From Oligoflexia bacterium (lineage in GTDB: Bacteria > Bdellovibrionota > Bdellovibrionia > JABDDW01), in assembly GCA_023250675.1 (NCBI GenBank), contig JAHFAE010000003.1, positions 4,311 to 68,310 of the forward strand: a DNA stretch of 64,000 nt. The letters run 5' to 3'. A program made the position numbers and the translations under genes. The notes under the pieces were generated by a model that was given only the letters and a program-made list of their open reading frames with translations, did no database searches and was not told where the DNA came from. Positions 1-6,855 of this stretch are shown in pieces. How positions within the stretch are numbered: position 1 is the stretch's first letter; the number at the start of each line of letters is the position of its first letter.

Positions 1-53
1 CCTACCTTGGGCATTCTGGATTAGATAAAAATCTAGATCTTGTACGGCTCGCC

Positions 54-422
54 ATGTTGAGTAGCGAAAATCCCAATCGACCTGATCCCATTAAGTTTAA
101 AAAGTCTTATCAAGTTGCATTTTTTGATAGTTGCTGCAGTTACAAGTACTTTTCAGATCAATTTTTATTGGCCAAATACAAACAGCATCCAGATCCCATG
201 GTCAATCGCGTGTTAAGTGAGATTGGGAAAATGGAAGTCATAACCTACGGAGTTTCGGTTCCCTGGGGTACACATAATCGCGAAGCCTACGCTTTATTAG
301 ATCCCTTCGTGAATTTTGGTAAATCAACTCCTAACGAATTAAAGCTTCTCGATGTGCTTAGAACTATAGAGCTGCGACAAAACAAATGCACTTACCTCAT
401 CAATTCTGCGTTTATCAAGTAA
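54..422 (+). CDS. hypothetical protein
   Basis: 122-aa ORF starting with ATG at the window edge. No recognisable motif. Confidence 0.3.
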   Translation: MLSSENPNRPDPIKFKKSYQVAFFDSCCSYKYFSDQFLLAKYKQHPDPMVNRVLSEIGKMEVITYGVSVPWGTHNREAYALLDPFVNFGKSTPNELKLLDVLRTIELRQNKCTYLINSAFIK

Positions 423-433
423 TACTTGACCTT

Positions 434-862
434 TCAGATCGCTATAATAATTGAACCGGCGACGATGAGTAATCCCCCCAATAAAACTTTAAGACTTATA
501 GACTCCCCTAAGAATAAAAAAGCCAAAATCATTGCAAGGGGCACACTGAGTTTGTCTACAGGAATCACTTTAGAAGCCGGGCCCAATTGTAGGGCGCGGT
601 AATAACATAGCCACGAAAATCCTGTGGCGATTCCCGATACTACTAAAAAAATGAGACCACGGCTGGAGATTTCAGAAAGTGGTCGCCATTGATTTTTGAT
701 TGAGACGACGATTACTGTAAGCCCGAGAATGACTACGGTTCGAATTAAAGTGGCCAGATTTGAAGGAACTGACTCCACACCGATTTTTCCAAATAAAGCG
801 GTTAGCGCCGCGAATACGGCCGAACCAAGAGCAAAAAACAGCCAAGAAGTAAAAAACATCAT
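434..862 (-). CDS. small EamA/DMT-family membrane transporter-like protein
   Basis: About 140 aa with four hydrophobic helices, typical of single-EamA-domain proteins. The start was moved to the internal ATG preceded by GGAAAGG. Confidence 0.5.
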   Translation of the reverse strand: MMFFTSWLFFALGSAVFAALTALFGKIGVESVPSNLATLIRTVVILGLTVIVVSIKNQWRPLSEISSRGLIFLVVSGIATGFSWLCYYRALQLGPASKVIPVDKLSVPLAMILAFLFLGESISLKVLLGGLLIVAGSIIIAI

Positions 863-1024
863 TTGATTACCTTTCCCTTTGAACACCATTATCTCTATAA
901 ACCGTTGATTTCATAGCCACTTATATTAGTTTTACGTCTAAAACCTTTACGGCACAGGGAAATATCAAGTTATCTAGCCTAACGTCCGAATATGAGTATG
1001 GAATTACCCGACCGCGGAGGGCAT

Positions 1025-2347
1025 ATGAAGTCTCACGTTTTAGTGCTGATCGGAATCGCTTTTGTTTTAGCTGGATGCGGCCAAGCCCCTTTAAAAGAAT
1101 ATCCAGAGACAACTACTGCCGATGCAAGAAGGCTCACTTCAGAAATCGCAACTGGAGCTGCCCAACATTTAGATGTTCTAGCCCCTGAAGAGTTTGTTCA
1201 AGCAAAGAAATTATCTGAAAAAGTAGATGCCGCCATTATAGATGGCGATGACGAAAATGAGATCTTAAGTATTATCGCTCAAAGTCGTGCGGTTTTGAAG
1301 AGTGCTTATACAATCGGCAAATCCAGACGTCCCGCCGTTGACGGCATTATTAGAATTCGACAAATGGCCATGGAGGCTGGAGTAAGAAACTATCCCAAAT
1401 TTGGTTCAGATTTAAATCATGTTGACGACGATCTTCGTGATCAAGTTCATCATCTTGACGATTTGTCGCTAAAGGATTTTTCAAAAATCCAAGGTAAGTA
1501 TATGGATTTAGAATTGGCAACTTTAAAGGCGAACAACTTAGATCATATCATTAAGGCCATAGAAACCGCAAAAGACGAACACAAAGCAAAAAAAGTAGCA
1601 CCCAAATCTCTGAAGACTGCGGAGTTTGATCTTCAAAATGCTGAAAATATGATCGCCGCAAGCCGAGGTAGGCCTGAAACCTACAGGGCTTCAGTTGAAA
1701 AAGCTCGTTATAGTTCTCAGCTTCTAACTGATGTTATCATGGTGGCTACAAAAGGTGAAAATCGGTTAGACGAAGATACGGCACTAAATATTGTATATCA
1801 AAACCGAAGGATTTCGTCACTTCAGACAAACCTAACTGCAGCTAATACCAAAAATAAAACTTTAGATCAAAAAATGACAGTGGCTAACGCAACCTACAAA
1901 CTTCAAAAATCTATCGAAGCGGCCCGACACAGTTTCACTAAGCAAGAAGCCGAAGTTTACCAACAAGGTGATCGGGTACTTATTCGATTGAAGGCAATGA
2001 ATTTTTCAAGTGGTCATGCTGAGCTGCCAGCCTCTTCTTTTACTTTATTGAATAGAGTCAAAAAAGTGGCTATAGATCTGGGATTTCAACACATGATCAT
2101 CGAAGGTCATACCGATTCCGCTGGAAAGTCTGAATCCAATGACCAGCTTTCTCAGTCTCGCGCCGAAGCAGTGGCCCATTATTTTGAGTCAAACGGAGTT
2201 GATGGAGACAAGATTCAGGCTGTGGGATTTGGATTTAAAAAACCAATCGCAAGCAACAAGACGTCTATTGGTAGGTCTCAAAATAGAAGAGTCGATATTA
2301 TTATCACGCCCAATGGCGCTCAAAGAGAAACCGCATCAGAAAAATAA
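1025..2347 (+). CDS. OmpA-family lipoprotein
   Basis: GGAGGG sits 5 nt before the ATG. The N-terminus has a lipobox (LAGC). The C-terminus is an OmpA-like domain (...EGHTDSAGKSESNDQLSQSRAEAV...NRRVDIII). Confidence 0.7.
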   Translation: MKSHVLVLIGIAFVLAGCGQAPLKEYPETTTADARRLTSEIATGAAQHLDVLAPEEFVQAKKLSEKVDAAIIDGDDENEILSIIAQSRAVLKSAYTIGKSRRPAVDGIIRIRQMAMEAGVRNYPKFGSDLNHVDDDLRDQVHHLDDLSLKDFSKIQGKYMDLELATLKANNLDHIIKAIETAKDEHKAKKVAPKSLKTAEFDLQNAENMIAASRGRPETYRASVEKARYSSQLLTDVIMVATKGENRLDEDTALNIVYQNRRISSLQTNLTAANTKNKTLDQKMTVANATYKLQKSIEAARHSFTKQEAEVYQQGDRVLIRLKAMNFSSGHAELPASSFTLLNRVKKVAIDLGFQHMIIEGHTDSAGKSESNDQLSQSRAEAVAHYFESNGVDGDKIQAVGFGFKKPIASNKTSIGRSQNRRVDIIITPNGAQRETASEK

Positions 2348-2640
2348 TTTATTTCTTGCAAGAAATTTAACTATTGATTTTTTGATGGAAGAACCGTGGT
2401 GCCCAAGAGCAACAAGTAGACGAACTGAATTCTGGCGTCAACTGCGATTTAAGAACCTCTGGGAGTTTTGTCATTCTGGTCTTCGAGCTCGAAGCCTATC
2501 CTGAGCCAAAGAACCTCACTGCAAGTCAATTAAGAGGGCTCATAAAGAAATTTGGAAGTAGTACAAAGGCCGCCGTTGCCATTGGAGCTTGCGAGGCCTT
2601 TGTGCGCCAAAAAGCCAAACCTAAGTAATTTTCAATTAAT

Positions 2641-3102
2641 CTAGCAGGACTCCAAAACCTCTTGGAGAAACTCATTCACATGGGGCCACTTGTCATCGTC
2701 AATTCTCTCAATGGTTTCTCTATCTCCATCATAGACATGCTTGTGATGAAACTTATGGTGATCGGGTAAGTTGGACTTTACGTCCCCATGGGGACTGCAA
2801 TATCGAAATAACTTTGAGCCTCCAGGGATAGAGGCGCTGTAGGTATAATCATATGTGCGTGCTCTAGGCCGCTTTTTATTTGACGGATCTATTTCTACAT
2901 TTTTCCTAATATCAACTCTGATTGAATTTCCTTTTGTCGTTCGGATTACAATATTTTCTGCTCTTAAAATTAAAAAGAAGGGCGTGAGTTTCCTATGAAT
3001 ATAAGTCTTAACCGTAACCATATGTTTTGAGTATTGGCGCAGCACACGATCATGCACAGAGAGATAATTCTCCAGGGTATTCCAATCATGTTTGAGTTTC
3101 AT
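2641..3102 (-). CDS. hypothetical protein; downstream gene of an overlapping two-gene cassette
   Basis: 153-aa ORF. Its ATG overlaps the stop of the upstream 89-aa gene (ATGA), which implies translational coupling. It has a His-rich segment (DHHKFHHKH) and an R-x4-H near the N-terminus. No confident family assignment. Confidence 0.5.
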   Translation of the reverse strand: MKLKHDWNTLENYLSVHDRVLRQYSKHMVTVKTYIHRKLTPFFLILRAENIVIRTTKGNSIRVDIRKNVEIDPSNKKRPRARTYDYTYSASIPGGSKLFRYCSPHGDVKSNLPDHHKFHHKHVYDGDRETIERIDDDKWPHVNEFLQEVLESC

Positions 3103-3368
3103 TTTTTTAGAAATGCGACTTGTCTGGCTAGCATGAGGGCATCAAGGTGATCTTCGTTGAAATTTTTTGAGGTCTCTGCCTTTTCTAAAAGGGCTTCTAC
3201 AGAAAGATCATTTTTTGAAGCTAGAATTTCGAGTTCCATAGTTAGAGCCTTGAGGGCTTCTTCCTTGGAAGAATAAAGAGGTACACTCTTCATTACTTCG
3301 TCGAAAAGCTGATTATCTTTTGCAGAATCATCCTTTGTTTTACGTTTTGTTTTCTCAAGGTCTGCCAT
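3099..3368 (-). CDS. hypothetical small acidic helical protein; upstream gene of the cassette
   Basis: 89 aa. GGAGG sits 5 nt upstream of the ATG. The protein is K/E-rich and predicted helical, and its gene overlaps the downstream gene by 4 nt. Confidence 0.5.
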   Translation of the reverse strand: MADLEKTKRKTKDDSAKDNQLFDEVMKSVPLYSSKEEALKALTMELEILASKNDLSVEALLEKAETSKNFNEDHLDALMLARQVAFLKK

Positions 3369-3701
3369 AAGGCCTCCAGTAGAGATATAATAACATAGGT
3401 TTGCGCCAAATCGTTAGTCGAAAATAGCTTTGTTTACGTATAGTTACAACTTTATCCAAACGGTTTTCTTTACTGCCATTTATCCAATTTTTGTTTTTCG
3501 TGACCGTCAAAGGCTGCGGTCAATTCTGATTCCGCACTCCTGCAAACCTGTCTGTGCCAGAAACTACCCTGTCACAGGGTTTGCCTTACGGGTCGTGCGG
3601 GAATTGCCCTTCGCTTTGACTCTCCCATCCATCTCGCCGCTTGTCTTTTGTGAAAGCGGGCTCGATAGAGGGAGTCCCGAAAAACAAAAGGAGGATTTGA
3701 A

Positions 3702-3908
3702 ATGGGAATTGATAAAATAATTGAAATTGCAGTTGGGTTGACACTCATTGCGGCCGCCACGGGGCAATTGCCCAAAGTGGTGAGGCAAGTTCAAATGGCT
3801 CAACTCCGCCTACTTCAAGATTCTAAGACGTCGACATGGGGTCATCTTATGATTATTGATTCCAAGCAAAATTCTCGAAAGGTTTACATTGTTGATCCCC
3901 AAGAGTAG
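3702..3908 (+). CDS. small single-TM membrane protein (68 aa)
   Basis: A perfect AAGGAGG lies 7 nt upstream of the ATG. The protein has a hydrophobic segment IIEIAVGLTLIAAATG. The gene sits in an otherwise 618-bp intergenic gap. Confidence 0.4.
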   Translation: MGIDKIIEIAVGLTLIAAATGQLPKVVRQVQMAQLRLLQDSKTSTWGHLMIIDSKQNSRKVYIVDPQE

Positions 3909-3956
3909 ACGGGGATCACATCTTCCCAACTCATTAGCCCAAAATTAAATCATCAG

Positions 3957-3976
3957 GGTAGTGTCAGATGATCAGC
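3957..3976. terminator. palindrome tgtcag-N8-ctgaca between convergent genes
   Basis: 6-bp stem between the 3' ends of the 68-aa ORF and the HExxH gene. No clear U-tract. Confidence 0.25.
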
Positions 3977-3986
3977 TGACATAACA

Positions 3987-5081
3987 TTAGATGCCCTCAG
4001 GAATCGTCTGAATCAGACTATCTATATTATATTGCCAATCTTCTGATTGAAACAATTTTTCAAGAGCCTGCTGGAATGATGAACCTAATGAAATCTGGGT
4101 TATGAGTAATTTCAATGCTCCAGTCTTATAGTATGCGTCATCATAATTATTTGGCCCCAAACCTACCGCGCAATATTTTAAAATATCTGAGCTGCTCATA
4201 ACACCCAAAAGATTTAGAGTGCTAAGCGCCATATATTCGGCAAAACCTTCAACCATTTCTCCAATAGCCTCCTCTTTAACACACTCTTTACTTTCCGGCG
4301 TTCCATTATAGGCGTTAACCATCTGATACCGCTTGTTCCGCGTTTTAAAGTAATCTTTGATAAGCTGAGTATTATTGTTGGCGGTAAAGGGATTCGATAA
4401 ATTTTTAAATATTTTAAGCAGTATGAGAGATTCTTCATCAAATAAATTTGAAACTTCTTTAGTGACGGAATAGCATTTATTAATTTTCATGGGCTTATGC
4501 CCATATGCCCAGAGCGGCCAAATTTTTCTTTCGCCGAGGTCTGGTCCGCTTTGACCAAATTGATGAAAACCCTCATGAATTAGCATAAAAATAAGAAGCA
4601 TATTTGATTTGATAAATTGTTTAAAAAACGAATCTTTCGTTTTTTCAGCCAGGCCTTTAAAAAATTCAGGCTGAATATTAAAAAGCATGATTTGAGGTTC
4701 ATTCTGTCCCACTTCTTTGGTGAGGTTTTGAGAAAGAAAATTTGAGAAAGTTTCTATGTTGCCTCGCGCTACGCTCATAAAATCATACAAACCATTTTCG
4801 GGAGGAAGTACTGATTTTAAGTAAGAGGGGCCATAAGATCTGCCGCTTTTTAGCATCAATATACACTGGGGATTCACAATCGGGTCAATTAGTGCAATTG
4901 GGAAGGCCGATAAATGGTATCCGTTTATGATTGGAGCAGTTTTAGCTTCTTTGTCTAAAAATTCTTGAATTTGGATCTTCACTGAATGGTCACGAAGAAA
5001 AGAACAATCATCGTCTATCAAGGCCTGACCACTTGCACCTGTCGAAATTATTAACAATATGAAAATAAATACAATCTTCAT
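3987..5081 (-). CDS. secreted HExxH-motif protein (putative zinc metallopeptidase-like)
   Basis: The start was moved to MKIVFIFILLIISTGASGQA, a signal peptide with AGGGAG upstream. The motif LIHEGFHQFGQ has a Glu about 11 residues after the second His. Confidence 0.5.
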   Translation of the reverse strand: MKIVFIFILLIISTGASGQALIDDDCSFLRDHSVKIQIQEFLDKEAKTAPIINGYHLSAFPIALIDPIVNPQCILMLKSGRSYGPSYLKSVLPPENGLYDFMSVARGNIETFSNFLSQNLTKEVGQNEPQIMLFNIQPEFFKGLAEKTKDSFFKQFIKSNMLLIFMLIHEGFHQFGQSGPDLGERKIWPLWAYGHKPMKINKCYSVTKEVSNLFDEESLILLKIFKNLSNPFTANNNTQLIKDYFKTRNKRYQMVNAYNGTPESKECVKEEAIGEMVEGFAEYMALSTLNLLGVMSSSDILKYCAVGLGPNNYDDAYYKTGALKLLITQISLGSSFQQALEKLFQSEDWQYNIDSLIQTIPEGI

Positions 5082-5299
5082 AAACTCCCTTTGGTCAGAG
5101 AAACAATTATCTTGGCAATGCACCGTCAGTTGCGACATATGTGCCAAAAAGAAATCAAATTAAACGACCCAGTGACCTACTAAGCTAGGAAGACCTGGAA
5201 ATGGTTCCTGGGTCGCGGCCGGGTGAGCGCCCTTTCTTGATAATGTGACCCTTGAATGAGGTTAGCTTAGCTTTCTACGGTGTTTCGGGATCGTCAAAA

Positions 5300-5410
5300 A
5301 GAATTCCGAATCACCGTATTCGGTTTTCCGGAATGGCACGGGAACCCGTAAAACATTAAGTCGTCGAATCTGCGTCTGTTTTTAGAAATCATTACGGTAT
5401 TCCGTAAAAT
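5300..5410. repeat. cluster of short palindromes and repeated ATTCCG/CGGAAT and CCGTAAAA motifs
   Basis: Elements seen: ccgaat-N6-attcgg, ttccggaa, acggg-aa-cccgt, and ttacgg-tatt-ccgtaa. GTATTC and CCGTAAAA each occur twice, about 80 and 56 bp apart respectively. The cluster sits in the 560-bp divergent region upstream of the wHTH gene. Confidence 0.5.
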
Positions 5411-5551
5411 ATTGCATTCTCTTAACTTTGATTTTGCAGGTCTTTTCTCATTTTTCTCTATTAATCACATGCATTTAAATCTATTGGCATGATCTTCAAA
5501 AATTCTTGCAATTTAAAAAGGTGAGGAGGAGAGGTGTTTTTTAGATCAATG

Positions 5552-5588
5552 AATCCTCTCCCAGGATTACCGACGCATTTACGTCGGT
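5552..5588 (+). promoter_or_regulatory. two adjacent hairpins (aatcct-ctccc-aggatt; accgacg-cattta-cgtcggt) just upstream of the wHTH gene
   Basis: Perfect 6- and 7-bp inverted repeats lie 55-90 nt before the GTG start at 5643. Confidence 0.35.
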
Positions 5589-5642
5589 TTATTTGAAAAG
5601 TGAAACTTCGATGGACCATTTTTCGAGCCCCCAGAAAGCGAG

Positions 5643-6437
5643 GTGCTTATATTAAGATTTTCTGTTCGTGAAAAACATATTCTAAATTCATTAAATAAAT
5701 ATTCGATTCTTTCAAGTCACGAGCTTTACCAACGTTGCTTTAATGGAGTGTCCCACACCTTCATGATGAAGACTTTGAGGGACCTCATTACGAAAGGGAT
5801 GATCTATCGTGTAAAGGGCCGCTACAACGAGGCTCATTCGTTTGCGCTCACCTGCCGTGGTGCCAAAGGCTTAGGGTTTAACCTTCCACTCTCAAGAGTC
5901 TATTGGCAGACCAGGTACCATGACTTGGCAGTTAATAGAGTGCGCTTTATTTTTGAGGATCTTGGCCTTGGGGAAAAGTTTATTTCAATGAGGGATCTAA
6001 GACTTAAAAAAAATGATTCGATTTTAGAAGCCTTAGGGAATGTAAGAGGGAGTGATGGGGTATTTTTCATTCCATCAGAAGGCGGTAATGAAGTTGTTGT
6101 CATGGAAGTGGAAGTTGCTCAAAAAAAACCATTTGAACACAGACGAATTCTTTCAAAATTCAAAGACAATTCCCAAGTTGGTATCGTTCTCTGCTTTTTA
6201 GCAAGCCCTGCCGAGTATCTAACAGCGTTAACCGAATGGCGAAATTTTGAAAAGAGTAGGTCAACAAAACTTTATGTCGTGCACTTAGGAGAGTTCTTAA
6301 AATTCTCCGGCGATGCGAGGGTAAGAACTCTAAGGGGCATCTTACCTTTCCATAAGGCATTCAATTTAAGAAATTGGGTATCAAAGGTAAAGGAAAATGA
6401 AATTGACCAGAAACTCCTTTGGTCACCGTCATTTTGA
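5643..6437 (+). CDS. hypothetical protein with an N-terminal winged-helix-like region
   Basis: 264-aa ORF with a GTG start; the true start is uncertain and could be the internal ATG at 5763. The N-terminus looks wHTH-like (LRDLITKGMIYRVKGRY). The C-terminal domain is unknown and could be replication-relaxation-like or nuclease-like. Confidence 0.45.
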   Translation: MLILRFSVREKHILNSLNKYSILSSHELYQRCFNGVSHTFMMKTLRDLITKGMIYRVKGRYNEAHSFALTCRGAKGLGFNLPLSRVYWQTRYHDLAVNRVRFIFEDLGLGEKFISMRDLRLKKNDSILEALGNVRGSDGVFFIPSEGGNEVVVMEVEVAQKKPFEHRRILSKFKDNSQVGIVLCFLASPAEYLTALTEWRNFEKSRSTKLYVVHLGEFLKFSGDARVRTLRGILPFHKAFNLRNWVSKVKENEIDQKLLWSPSF

Positions 6438-6518
6438 CCGTCCTGGCGACGGTCATGGGTGAACCGTGAAAAATGTGTTCTTACAGAAGTTAAGCCAGTC
6501 GGAACACGAAGGAATATT

Positions 6519-6625
6519 GATCCCGCAATTTATAAAAGAGTCGCCCTTGACGCCCGTGACCACTCCCCCCCAACCATAGGTGGGAAGTAGTCACGGCCTG
6601 GGCTCAAAAGTTAGATTGCGGGATC
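6519..6625. repeat. nested imperfect inverted repeat (gatcccgcaat...attgcgggatc around cgtgaccact-C7-...-agtagtcacg)
   Basis: The outer arms are 11 bp and perfect. The inner arms match 9 of 10 bp. The centre is C-rich. It lies about 230 bp upstream of the recombinase operon. Confidence 0.5.
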
Positions 6626-6681
6626 AGAGAAATGAAAAATCATGGATGAATTTATAAGTTGTTTTATTTTTAGAGGTGTTG

Positions 6682-6855
6682 ATGAAGTTAGATGAAATGA
6701 CGATTGAAACAGTTCAAGTTAAGATCTTAAATGATGACTACGAAAAGAAATTGACAAATTTAGTAAAAATACTTTTGGAAATTGGAGAGACAACCAATTC
6801 AAGACAGGCTAATAAGGATGAGTCAAAACCGTCTGAAAATTTGGAGGCCGCATGA
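6682..6855 (+). CDS. 57-aa small protein translationally coupled to the serine recombinase (candidate directionality factor or regulator)
   Basis: ATG preceded by AGAGGTG. The stop TGA overlaps the recombinase ATG (ATGA). This ORF is not in the supplied track, presumably because it is under 60 aa. Confidence 0.4.
   Translation: MKLDEMTIETVQVKILNDDYEKKLTNLVKILLEIGETTNSRQANKDESKPSENLEAA

Noticed and set aside
2139-2504. 121-aa ORF overlapping the 3' end of the OmpA-like gene
   Set aside because: It lies in an alternative frame of a confidently called gene and extends into the intergenic region with no RBS. It is most likely spurious.
3430-3803. ORFs 3430-3720 (+) and 3564-3803 / 3572-3775 (-) in the long intergenic region
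   Set aside because: They have no Shine-Dalgarno, overlap each other and overlap the hairpin-rich leader. The 3702-3908 ORF is the only one with a strong RBS.
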